Positions 1 to 7,522 of a DNA stretch of 24,000 nucleotides are shown piece by piece. A program made the translations under genes and the position numbers. Source of the DNA: Microbacterium phage Floof; the sequence record MH271298.1; one strand, written 5' to 3'. Position 1 is the first letter of the stretch, and the number at the start of each line of letters is the position of its first letter. A model generated the notes under the pieces. It made no database searches, was not told the DNA's origin, and saw only the letters and a list, made by a program, of their open reading frames with translations.

Positions 1-22
1 GAGGGGGCCTTCTGTCATTTCT

Positions 23-53
23 GGGCAGCCCTGGGCATCCCGGCGCACTCCTC
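23..53 (+). promoter_or_regulatory. GGGCA-N15-GCGCACTCCTC element, site A
   Basis: GGGCA at 23-27 and GCGCACTCCTC at 43-53, start-to-start 20 bp; second GGGCA at 33-37 gives 10-bp phasing; lies 31 nt before ATG at 84. Confidence 0.7.
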
Positions 54-83
54 TGTGACCAACAACCAACACGAGGAGTTCCC

Positions 84-446
84 ATGGACTACCCCATCAT
101 CCTGCCCGCCGCTCCTGGCGACTACGTCCCCAAGAAGCTGGAGGGGCGCGCCATCCTCCGCATCGACGCGAACGGCACAGCCTCCACCGTCGTGGAGCGC
201 GAGGACACGAGCTACAGCCACCCCATCCTCAACCTCGCCGCCTGGGCCATCGAGTACGGCCCCCTTCGCGCCGTGGACGCCGACCCCGAGCCGGACCCGG
301 ACGACCCCGCGAACCTCGCCGAGTGGGAGCGCGAGCTTCTGGGCCTCCCTCCCGTCGCCGAGGAGATCGAGACCCCCGCCGTCATCGAGGACTCCACCGA
401 GACCATCACCGTCGCCGAGACCACCCCCGAGGAGATCGCAGCATGA
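84..446 (+). CDS. hypothetical protein, 120 aa
   Basis: ORF with GAGGAG upstream of ATG; overlaps next gene by ATGA. Confidence 0.75.
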   Translation: MDYPIILPAAPGDYVPKKLEGRAILRIDANGTASTVVEREDTSYSHPILNLAAWAIEYGPLRAVDADPEPDPDDPANLAEWERELLGLPPVAEEIETPAVIEDSTETITVAETTPEEIAA

Positions 447-712
447 CCACCACCGCCCCCACCAACACCCTCGCCCCCGGTATCTACCGCGACCGGGACG
501 GCGACACCTGGGCCATCACCGCCGACCAGCGCGCGCTCCAGCTCTCGCAGCGCAGCGCCACCGAGTCCCACGGCTTCCTCCAGGGCGCAATGCCCACGAG
601 CGAAATCGTGATCCAGGCCCGCTACGGCCTGAACGACGCCGCCAAGGTCGCAAGCGCCTACGCGCCGCTCACCCCGCTGCACCTCTTCGGCCAGGAGGGG
701 ACCACAGCATGA
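443..712 (+). CDS. hypothetical protein with LAPGxYRDxDGDxWAI motif
   Basis: ATG at 443 overlapping upstream stop; N-terminus resembles CDS 924-1154. Confidence 0.7.
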   Translation: MTTTAPTNTLAPGIYRDRDGDTWAITADQRALQLSQRSATESHGFLQGAMPTSEIVIQARYGLNDAAKVASAYAPLTPLHLFGQEGTTA

Positions 713-927
713 CCGCCGCCCGCTTCACCGCCGTAGTCGTCGTCTCCGAGACCACGACCGTCGAGCTTCCCGAGAAGACCTACAACCGCGAGACCCGCCG
801 CGAGGAGCCGCGCAAGGACCGCCGCAGCGCCGAGGTCCTCAAGGTCACACTCCGCGCCGACGACGCCAAGGGCCTGGCCGACCAGGCAGCCAAGGTCCTC
901 ACCATCGTGGGAGGGCTGGACGCATGA
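709..927 (+). CDS. hypothetical protein, 72 aa
   Basis: ATGA overlap at 709; product MTAARFTAVVVVSETTTVELPEKTYN... Confidence 0.65.
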   Translation: MTAARFTAVVVVSETTTVELPEKTYNRETRREEPRKDRRSAEVLKVTLRADDAKGLADQAAKVLTIVGGLDA

Positions 928-1154
928 ACCCCGCCACCGAGACCCAGCCCGACGACCTCGCACCCGGCGTCTACCGCGACGCCGACGGCGACCTGTGGGC
1001 CGTGGACCGCAACGGCCAGGCCTTCGTCCTGACCGACCGCCTCCAGGCCGACCTCTTCGGCCAGCCGCTCATCCTCCCCTCCGAGGAGCTGGGTGGGATG
1101 CCCGCCAACGAGGCCCACGAGGCCTACACCCTCCGTCTCTTCCTTCCCTTCTGA
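924..1154 (+). CDS. hypothetical protein, paralogue of 443-712
   Basis: DDLAPGVYRDADGDLWAVDRNGQAFVL versus NTLAPGIYRDRDGDTWAITADQRALQL; ATGA overlap. Confidence 0.7.
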   Translation: MNPATETQPDDLAPGVYRDADGDLWAVDRNGQAFVLTDRLQADLFGQPLILPSEELGGMPANEAHEAYTLRLFLPF

Positions 1155-1164
1155 AAGGCCCATC

Positions 1165-1410
1165 ATGGCAACGCCCACCATCACCCCCTTCCAGCGCGTA
1201 ATCCTGGTCGCGCTCAACCGCCTGGACAAGCACATCTACGCGGGCCAGGAGACGCCCGCCGAGCGCGCCAGCCGCCGCCGCAGCGACCGCATGGAGAAGG
1301 CCATGGCCATCCCCGGCCAGACCCGCAAGGCTCGCCGTGCGGTCAAGTACGCCACCAAGTCCATCGAGCGCGCCGCCTACCGCCGCGCCGTCAAGGAGGT
1401 GTCCGCATGA
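1165..1410 (+). CDS. hypothetical basic protein, 81 aa
   Basis: CTGAAAGG upstream of ATG at 1165; ends in ATGA overlap with the next gene. Confidence 0.7.
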   Translation: MATPTITPFQRVILVALNRLDKHIYAGQETPAERASRRRSDRMEKAMAIPGQTRKARRAVKYATKSIERAAYRRAVKEVSA

Positions 1411-1880
1411 GCGCCCCGCACTGGGACCCCGCCGTTGACCCCTCCAGCCTCATCCTGACCCCGCCCCCGCCCCTCGCGGGCATGGTCCTGGAGCGTGTCG
1501 TCAACATCGACACCAACGAGGACTACAGCGAGCCGTGGCAGCGCGACATCGTCACGGACCCGGCAGATGCCACGGTCATCACGTCGGTAATCGCTGACCA
1601 GGACCCGACGCTCCGCGGCACCCCCGACGAGCTGCACAAGATCATCCTGGACATCGACCTCCCGGCGCAGCTCATCCCGTCCACGACGCCCGGGCACTTC
1701 CACCTCTACATCGACAAGGAGCTGCCGTGGCACCGCCTGGAGCCGCTCCTTCACGCGCTGTCCGACGCTGGCCTGGTCGAGGAGGGCTACGTGGGCGCGA
1801 GCGTCGCCCGCCAGCACACCGCCGCCCGACTCCCCTGGGTCAAGAAGGCCAAGCGCTCCAAGGAGGCCACCACGCTGTGA
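1407..1880 (+). CDS. hypothetical protein, 157 aa
   Basis: Translationally coupled ORF. Confidence 0.7.
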   Translation: MSAPHWDPAVDPSSLILTPPPPLAGMVLERVVNIDTNEDYSEPWQRDIVTDPADATVITSVIADQDPTLRGTPDELHKIILDIDLPAQLIPSTTPGHFHLYIDKELPWHRLEPLLHALSDAGLVEEGYVGASVARQHTAARLPWVKKAKRSKEATTL

Positions 1881-1951
1881 TCCCCGAGGACCTCTTCAAC
1901 GCCTACGAGCCGGACGACCCCAAGCTGTACTCACTCCTGGAGGCCGCATGA
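1877..1951 (+). CDS. possible 24-aa micro-ORF
   Basis: GTGA overlap at 1877; MIPEDLFNAYEPDDPKLYSLLEAA; short, low certainty. Confidence 0.3.
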   Translation: MIPEDLFNAYEPDDPKLYSLLEAA

Positions 1952-1979
1952 GCACGACCGACCTGTAACCCTCAACCGC

Positions 1980-2026
1980 AAGGCCCCTGCCCCGCCCTTA
2001 CCGGCGACCGGCAGGGGCCTTTTGCG
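1980..2026 (+). terminator. Rho-independent-like terminator
   Basis: AAGGCCCCTGCC ... GGCAGGGGCCTT followed by TTTGCGTTT. Confidence 0.75.
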
Positions 2027-2047
2027 TTTCCCGGCGTCATCTGATAT

Positions 2048-2078
2048 GGGCAGCCCTCCGCCCCCAGGCGCACTCCTC
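2048..2078 (+). promoter_or_regulatory. GGGCA-N15-GCGCACTCCTC element, site B
   Basis: GGGCA at 2048, GCGCACTCCTC at 2068-2078; directly after a terminator. Confidence 0.7.
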
Positions 2079-2138
2079 CTTGTCACTCCGACACGCCCCC
2101 ACGGGGGTCCACATCACTGACAAGGACAGATACACCAC

Positions 2139-2864
2139 ATGGCACTCAAGATTTTCGGAACCGACCCCGAGAACCAGCCCAAGCCGCGCCAGCGCTTCTC
2201 CGACGACTTCGTGGGCCAGATCCACTCCGGCTACCAGCTTGACGGCACGCCGTCGGCTCTGGAGGAGTGGCGCATCACGACCGGCGACCCCGAGGTGGCC
2301 GACCGCGTCCACGAGCTGTACAAGGGCGAGGCTCCCGAGGAGTGGGAGACCAAGTCCGAGCGCAACATCCAGGTCTTCACGGACGCCAAGGAGCTGGATG
2401 TCATCGTGGCCGACTCCAAGGCCATCCGCCAGCGGATGATCCTCTGGGGCAACGACCGCAAGCCGGTCTACATCTCCGATGGCGAGTTCATCCTGGACGA
2501 CGCCGGACACCCGACCGAGGACCGCGACCCGGACGCTGATCTCACGTTCCAGGAGCGCAAGGACAAGAAGAACTACGGCGCGAACCCGTCCGCCGAGCTG
2601 ACCTTCCGCCTGGCCGACGACCCCAACCTGGGCATCTTCGTCCTCAAGTCCAACTCGTGGGGCCTGGCGCACTTCCTGGCCGCCGAGGACATCGAGGGCC
2701 AGATCGACGCCGTCGGCGGACCGGCGCTCCTCCGCCTCAAGCTCGTGCCGGTCTCCTTCATCGCCAAGAACGGACCGCGCAAGGGCAAGACCGTGAGCTA
2801 CACGTCCACGGAAATCGAGGTCCTGGGCGCAGCTCCGGTCATCGAGACCGAGGACGCCGAGTGA
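2139..2864 (+). CDS. Gp3-like family protein; candidate recombination directionality factor
   Basis: MALKIFGTDPENQPKPRQRF...WRITTGDPEVADRVHELYKGEAPEEWETKSERNIQVFTDAKELDVIV, recalled as resembling phiC31 gp3-like proteins; 241 aa; serine integrase is in the same window. Confidence 0.5.
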   Translation: MALKIFGTDPENQPKPRQRFSDDFVGQIHSGYQLDGTPSALEEWRITTGDPEVADRVHELYKGEAPEEWETKSERNIQVFTDAKELDVIVADSKAIRQRMILWGNDRKPVYISDGEFILDDAGHPTEDRDPDADLTFQERKDKKNYGANPSAELTFRLADDPNLGIFVLKSNSWGLAHFLAAEDIEGQIDAVGGPALLRLKLVPVSFIAKNGPRKGKTVSYTSTEIEVLGAAPVIETEDAE

Positions 2865-3076
2865 TCCCGTCCAAGCGGCTGGGCGCGGCCTTCGTCGCGC
2901 TCATGGTCCTGGCGCTCCTCCTGTCCTTCACGCTCTACATCGGCCTCCCGCTCCTGATCGGCCTCCTGGTCTTTCCGGCGCTGGGCTTCACCGGCTGGGC
3001 ACTGGCGGGCATGGTCGCCGCGGGCTTCCTCGCCTGGTGGTGCGTCATCGGCCTCCTTCGCGCAGCGTTCGCGTAA
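2861..3076 (+). CDS. small membrane protein, 71 aa
   Basis: GTG start overlapping upstream stop; two strongly hydrophobic segments. Confidence 0.65.
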   Translation: MIPSKRLGAAFVALMVLALLLSFTLYIGLPLLIGLLVFPALGFTGWALAGMVAAGFLAWWCVIGLLRAAFA

Positions 3077-3089
3077 CCACAACCCCATC

Positions 3090-3128
3090 GCCCCCGTCCT
3101 GGCTTCATCGCCGGGGCGGGGGCTTCGT
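3090..3128 (+). terminator. terminator-like hairpin
   Basis: GCCCCCGTCCTGGC / GCCGGGGCGGGGGC (two G.U pairs) then TTCGTTG. Confidence 0.5.
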
Positions 3129-3146
3129 TGTCCCCGAAAGGACCCC

Positions 3147-3449
3147 ATGCTCTACGAACCCCTCATGACCGTTTACACCAAGCCCGCCGACGCCGTCCCC
3201 GTCTGCCAGCAGTGCAACGCCACCAAGCGCAAGCTGGACCAGCTCCAGAAGGACGGCAAGCTGGCCATGTACGTCTCCATCGACGTGACCGACCCGGCCA
3301 ACGCCCACGTCCTGGAGATGCTGGAGGCGCGCGGCGTCCGCCAGACGCCCTACGTCATCGTCACCCAGGAGAAGGGCGGCGAGGGCACCACCGAGCTGGA
3401 CGCCTGGGGCGGCTACATCCCCGACAAGCTCGTGGAGTGGGCACGATGA
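3147..3449 (+). CDS. glutaredoxin/NrdH-like thioredoxin-fold protein
   Basis: VYTKPADAVPVCQQCNATKRKLD (CxxC), later ARGVRQTPYVIV with cis-Pro; 100 aa. Confidence 0.75.
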   Translation: MLYEPLMTVYTKPADAVPVCQQCNATKRKLDQLQKDGKLAMYVSIDVTDPANAHVLEMLEARGVRQTPYVIVTQEKGGEGTTELDAWGGYIPDKLVEWAR

Positions 3450-3757
3450 GCGCCGACATCCGCCGCCCCGCCTCCTGGCTCGCCGACGTAGACGAGGTCA
3501 CCGACGCCGATGGGCAGCCCGTCCGGGTAGGCGACCGCGTCGTGTACGCGACGACCTGGGGCCGCTCCCCTCATCTCCGCTTCGGCGAGGTGCTCCTGAT
3601 CTCGCGGCACAACACCGGCTACGGGCGCGACACCGTCCGCCTCCGCATCCAGCCCGAGCGCGCCATCTACTCCTACCGCGGCGAGGAAGAGAAGCTCCCG
3701 CCACTCGTGTCCATCGACGCGGGCCTGGGGCGCTTCGTGAAGGTGAGCAGCCGATGA
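3446..3757 (+). CDS. hypothetical protein, 103 aa
   Basis: Coupled ORF from ATG at 3446; DADGQPVRVGDRVVYATTWG. Confidence 0.7.
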   Translation: MSADIRRPASWLADVDEVTDADGQPVRVGDRVVYATTWGRSPHLRFGEVLLISRHNTGYGRDTVRLRIQPERAIYSYRGEEEKLPPLVSIDAGLGRFVKVSSR

Positions 3758-4044
3758 GCGCCGAGCGCGACGGACGCCGGGTATCCTCCGCGCTGTCCGA
3801 GGCCAGGACGCTCCTCACCCGCGCCGAGACCTCGCTGGGCTACCTTCGGCGCTCATCGGACCCGGCAGCTCCCGAGGTCCGCGCAGCCCTGGAGGAGCTG
3901 GTGGAGCGACTCAAGCCGTTCCGCCGCATCAAGGGCGGATGCACCCAATGCGGGGCCAAGGGCCAGCCGCACAAGCGCAAGCCGGACGACCCGCTCTACC
4001 GGCGCTACTGGGACAGCTTCACATGCGAGGTGCCCCGTGGCTAA
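3754..4044 (+). CDS. hypothetical protein, 96 aa
   Basis: ATGA overlap; C-terminal CTQCGAKG...FTCEVPRG, a possible partial zinc site. Confidence 0.65.
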   Translation: MSAERDGRRVSSALSEARTLLTRAETSLGYLRRSSDPAAPEVRAALEELVERLKPFRRIKGGCTQCGAKGQPHKRKPDDPLYRRYWDSFTCEVPRG

Positions 4045-4399
4045 CGCCGCCAAGCGCAAGGGCACCGCCTACGAGTCCGCCGTGGTCAAGTACCTCCAGG
4101 AGCACGGCATCCCCGCGCGCCGCGTCGCCCAGACCGGTCAACTCGACACGGGCGACATCCACGGCATCGACCCCTTCGCTGGCCAGTGCAAGGCCTACAA
4201 GGACATGGCCTCCGCGCTCCGCGACGGCGTCGCTGGGGCAAATGTCCAGGCTCCCCGAGCTGGCCAGCCCTACGGCGTCGCCTTCATCAAGCGCCCCGGC
4301 AAGCCCATCGCCGACGGCTACGCGGTCATGGACCTGGCGACCTTCGCCAAGCTCCTCGCGCAGCTCCGCGACCTCCCCGAGGGCTACCTGCACGGATAG
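4037..4399 (+). CDS. PD-(D/E)XK-type resolvase/nuclease-like protein
   Basis: KRKGTAYESAVVKYLQEHGIPARRVAQTGQLDTGDIHGIDPFAGQCKAY matches the E...D-GDI...Q-x-K pattern of Hjc-like nucleases. Confidence 0.6.
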   Translation: MANAAKRKGTAYESAVVKYLQEHGIPARRVAQTGQLDTGDIHGIDPFAGQCKAYKDMASALRDGVAGANVQAPRAGQPYGVAFIKRPGKPIADGYAVMDLATFAKLLAQLRDLPEGYLHG

Positions 4400-4407
4400 C
4401 TCACCTA

Positions 4408-4442
4408 GGCCCCCGTCTCATCTCCGAGGCGGGGGCCTTCGT
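4408..4442 (+). terminator. Rho-independent-like terminator
   Basis: GGCCCCCGTCTC / GAGGCGGGGGCC followed by TTCGTCG. Confidence 0.65.
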
Positions 4443-4453
4443 CGTCCCTGCCT

Positions 4454-4484
4454 GGGCACAGCCGAGCACCTGGGCGCACTCCTC
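4454..4484 (+). promoter_or_regulatory. GGGCA-N15-GCGCACTCCTC element, site C
   Basis: GGGCA at 4454, GAGCA at 4464, GCGCACTCCTC at 4474-4484; 27 nt before ATG at 4512. Confidence 0.75.
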
Positions 4485-4511
4485 CGTGACCTACCGAAAG
4501 GACCCGCACCT

Positions 4512-7016
4512 ATGCACCTCTCTGACCTCCTCTCCAAGTTCTCCGACGTGGAGGAGACCCCCGACGGCCACCTGGCCACTTGCCCCGCCCATGACGACTC
4601 CCGCGCCTCTCTCCGCGTGACCGTCTCCGAGGCGGGCAAGGTCCTGGTCAAATGCCGCGCCTTCTGTGAGACACCCGCCGTCATGTCCGCCATCGGACTG
4701 ACCATGCGCGACCTCGCACGCATGACCCCGGGAACCGAGGTCCCGCGCAACGTCCGGGCCACCGCAGCCGTCGCCGCGTCTCCCGCTGCCATCGCGTCGC
4801 TCGCCGTCAAGCTGGACGGCTACGCCTCCGTCCTGGCGTCCGCCGAGTCCTTCGGCGACTCCTACGAGGGCGAGCTGGAGGACGCGCGTAACGCGCTCCT
4901 CTACGCCGAACACCGCTTCGGCATCAACGCCACCGACGCCGAGCGCCTGGGCCTGGGCTACGTGGACGACATCGGAGGCGGCCCCCGTCTCGTCGTCCCC
5001 TTCCGCACGCCCGACGGCGTCGCCCGTGGCTTCCAGGCCCGCGCCCTGGACAAGGAGGCCGCCGTCCGCTGGCAGGGTCCCAAGTCGCCCGAGGGCGGCG
5101 CATGGTCCCCGCTGGGCTACTTCCCCGGCGCATCCGGCTGGGACGAGGTCCTCATCTGTGAGGGTCCCGGCGACGCGCTGACCGGCGCAGCTCTGGGCTA
5201 CGACACCATCGGCATCGCCGGGGCAGCCCGTGTAAACAACCCGGCCATCGTGGACGAGGTCGCCGAGTGGGTGGGCGACCGAGAGGCCGTCGTGGCCGGT
5301 GACGGTGACCCGGCTGGCCGCCGCTTCTCCGCCACGCTCGCCGAGGGCCTGACCAAGCGCGGCGTCCGCGTCCGCGTCCTCAACATGGACGACGGCCTGG
5401 ACCTCACCGACTGGCGCGCCGACAGCCCCCAGGGCTTCTCCCGGGATGTCATCCGCGCCATCACCCAGGCCAAGCCGGTCAAGTCCCGAGAGGCTGCCCT
5501 TCTGGCCTGGGACGAGGACACCTACGCCCTCTCCGACCTGGGTGGCGCGCGCTACCTCCGCGACTACCTCAAGTCGCGGGAGTCCGGCGTGAAGTACACC
5601 GCCGAGGCTGGCTTCCTCCTCCTGGAGGCGGGCGTCTGGCGCGTGGACGATCGCCAGAGCGTCCGCACCCACGCCCAGGCCGTCGCCGACGTGGTCAAGA
5701 AGCTGGCCCGCGACGCGAACGTGGCCAAGGACGCGGGCGGCACCGACGAGGAGCGCGACCGTGCCAAGGCTCGCGCCGGTCGCTTCACGCGCTACTCGCA
5801 GCACGTCCAGACCTCGCGAGGCATTGACTCGATGCTCCGCGAGCTGCAAGCCGTGGACGGCGTCCCGGCGTCGATCAACGACTTCGACCAGCACCCGGAC
5901 CTCCTCGCCGTCAACAACGGTGTCGTGGACCTCCGCACGGGCGAGCTTCGACCGCATGACCCGGACCTCCTCCTCTCGCGCAAGGTGTCGCTGAACTACC
6001 GCCCCGACGCCCGCGCACCCCGCTGGGAGGAGTTCCTGGCCCAGGTCTTCCCCCGCGACAAGCACATGCCCGCCTTCATGCGCCGCCTGGTGGGCTACGG
6101 CATCACCGGCCACACGACCGAGCAGTGCTTCGTGATCCACCTGGGCAAGGGTGCGAACGGCAAGAGCGTCTTTACGGACACCCTCACCGAGGTCTTCCGT
6201 GAGATCACCACCACCACCCCCTTCTCCACCTTCGAGTCCAAGCCGTCCGGGGGCATCCCCAACGACCTCGCAGCGCTCAAGGGCGCACGCCTGGTCATGG
6301 CCTCCGAGGGCGAGCAGGGCAAGCGGATGGCAGAAGCCATGCTCAAGCGGATCACGGGCCGCGACCTCATCGCCGCGCGCTTCATGCGGCAGGAGTTTTT
6401 CGAGTTCCGGCCCGCCTTCCTCCTCCAGATGGGAACCAACTTCGAGCCGCAGTTCCGCGGCCAGGATGAGGGTCTCTGGCGTCGCGTCAAGCTCGTGAAC
6501 TGGGAGCGCTACTTCGCCCCGCACGAGCGCGACCCCCGCCTGGGCGACAAGCTCCTGGAGGAGGCCGAGGGCATCCTGGCGTGGGCCGTCCGCGGCTCCC
6601 GCGAGTGGTTTGCCGAGGGCCTGGGTGACCCCGCCACCGTCCGCGAGGCGTCCAAGCAGTACCGGGACACCTCCGATATCCTCCAGGGCTTCCTCCCCGG
6701 CGTCTTCGAGCTGGCCGACGAGGACCACAAGGTGCCCGGGGCCACCCTCTGGGAAGCCTTCCAGACCTGGGCCGAGGAAGAGAACCTCCGGGACCTCCAG
6801 GGCTGGAGCCGCCGCGCCTTCTACGGCGCACTCAAGGAGCGCGGCATCCACGCCAAGAAGGAGCAGACGGGCCAGGTCTTCGTCGGCGTGAAGCGCACCC
6901 CGAGGGTCAAGGCGCACCCCGAGGAGGCCGAACCGGAAATTGCCCGGGCAGGAGTGGGCACCCAGGCGCACTCCTCTGCAACACCCATCACGGGCGCGGA
7001 CCTCTCCGCGCTCTGA
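4512..7016 (+). CDS. primase/helicase (zinc-binding primase and TOPRIM-like region plus D5/SF3-type helicase)
   Basis: GAAAGGAC RBS; CPAHDDSRASLRV...VKCRAFC; EVLICEGPGDALTG; FVIHLGKGANGKSVFTDTLTEVF (Walker A); 834 aa. Confidence 0.9.
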   Translation: MHLSDLLSKFSDVEETPDGHLATCPAHDDSRASLRVTVSEAGKVLVKCRAFCETPAVMSAIGLTMRDLARMTPGTEVPRNVRATAAVAASPAAIASLAVKLDGYASVLASAESFGDSYEGELEDARNALLYAEHRFGINATDAERLGLGYVDDIGGGPRLVVPFRTPDGVARGFQARALDKEAAVRWQGPKSPEGGAWSPLGYFPGASGWDEVLICEGPGDALTGAALGYDTIGIAGAARVNNPAIVDEVAEWVGDREAVVAGDGDPAGRRFSATLAEGLTKRGVRVRVLNMDDGLDLTDWRADSPQGFSRDVIRAITQAKPVKSREAALLAWDEDTYALSDLGGARYLRDYLKSRESGVKYTAEAGFLLLEAGVWRVDDRQSVRTHAQAVADVVKKLARDANVAKDAGGTDEERDRAKARAGRFTRYSQHVQTSRGIDSMLRELQAVDGVPASINDFDQHPDLLAVNNGVVDLRTGELRPHDPDLLLSRKVSLNYRPDARAPRWEEFLAQVFPRDKHMPAFMRRLVGYGITGHTTEQCFVIHLGKGANGKSVFTDTLTEVFREITTTTPFSTFESKPSGGIPNDLAALKGARLVMASEGEQGKRMAEAMLKRITGRDLIAARFMRQEFFEFRPAFLLQMGTNFEPQFRGQDEGLWRRVKLVNWERYFAPHERDPRLGDKLLEEAEGILAWAVRGSREWFAEGLGDPATVREASKQYRDTSDILQGFLPGVFELADEDHKVPGATLWEAFQTWAEEENLRDLQGWSRRAFYGALKERGIHAKKEQTGQVFVGVKRTPRVKAHPEEAEPEIARAGVGTQAHSSATPITGADLSAL
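6946..6976 (+). promoter_or_regulatory. GGGCA-N15-GCGCACTCCTC element, site D
   Basis: GGGCA at 6946 and 6956, GCGCACTCCTC at 6966-6976; embedded in the 3' end of the primase/helicase gene. Confidence 0.65.
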
Positions 7017-7023
7017 CCCACCC

Positions 7024-7072
7024 GGCCCCGCCGTACCGCTATCGACCTTTTTAGGCAAGGGACGGCGGGGCC
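7024..7072 (+). other. intergenic hairpin with U-rich loop
   Basis: GGCCCCGCCGT (7024-7034) / ACGGCGGGGCC (7062-7072), 11 bp perfect, 27-nt loop containing CCTTTTTAGG. Confidence 0.6.
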
Positions 7073-7108
7073 AACCGCTCACACATCACGACCCCAGGAG
7101 GTCCCGCC

Positions 7109-7513
7109 ATGCCCGTCTCGCTCACCCGCATCTGCCCCATCTGCCAGACCGAGAAGGCCACCCCGAGCGCCTTCCGCGACCCGGGCGAGACCGGCGCGGG
7201 ACGCCCGCCCAAGGTCTGCTACGAGTGCAGGACCAAGGACGTGAGCCTCCAGCTCCGCCAGCAGGAGAACGTGGCCCACCGCTTCGAGAACCGCGAGTAC
7301 CGCCGCGGTCTCGCCGCGCGCACTGACGCCCAGGTGATCCGCGACATGGCCGCCGCCCACCCCTTCGACCGCAAGACGTGCCCGCCCGTCGGCGGATGCG
7401 GACGCATCAAGTCCACCGCGGCCTTCCACCTCAACGTCCACCAGAAGGACGGCCTGGCCCCCATCTGTGCCGAGTGCTCCGCCGACGCCGCAGCACTCCG
7501 CCGCGACTCCTGA
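7109..7513 (+). CDS. zinc-knuckle-rich hypothetical protein
   Basis: CPICQTEK...CYECRTKD...CPPVGGCGRIK...CAECS; AGGAGG RBS. Confidence 0.75.
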   Translation: MPVSLTRICPICQTEKATPSAFRDPGETGAGRPPKVCYECRTKDVSLQLRQQENVAHRFENREYRRGLAARTDAQVIRDMAAAHPFDRKTCPPVGGCGRIKSTAAFHLNVHQKDGLAPICAECSADAAALRRDS

Positions 7514-7522
7514 GAGGCAGCC

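Noticed and set aside
3939-4511. Upstream extension of the primase/helicase ORF
   Set aside because: Overlaps the resolvase-like gene, terminator and site C; the ATG at 4512 has an RBS and matches the start of the zinc-domain protein.
4491-7082. 863-aa reverse-strand ORF
   Set aside because: Antisense shadow of the primase/helicase in high-GC DNA; no recognisable domain or RBS, and the + strand frame has clear motifs.
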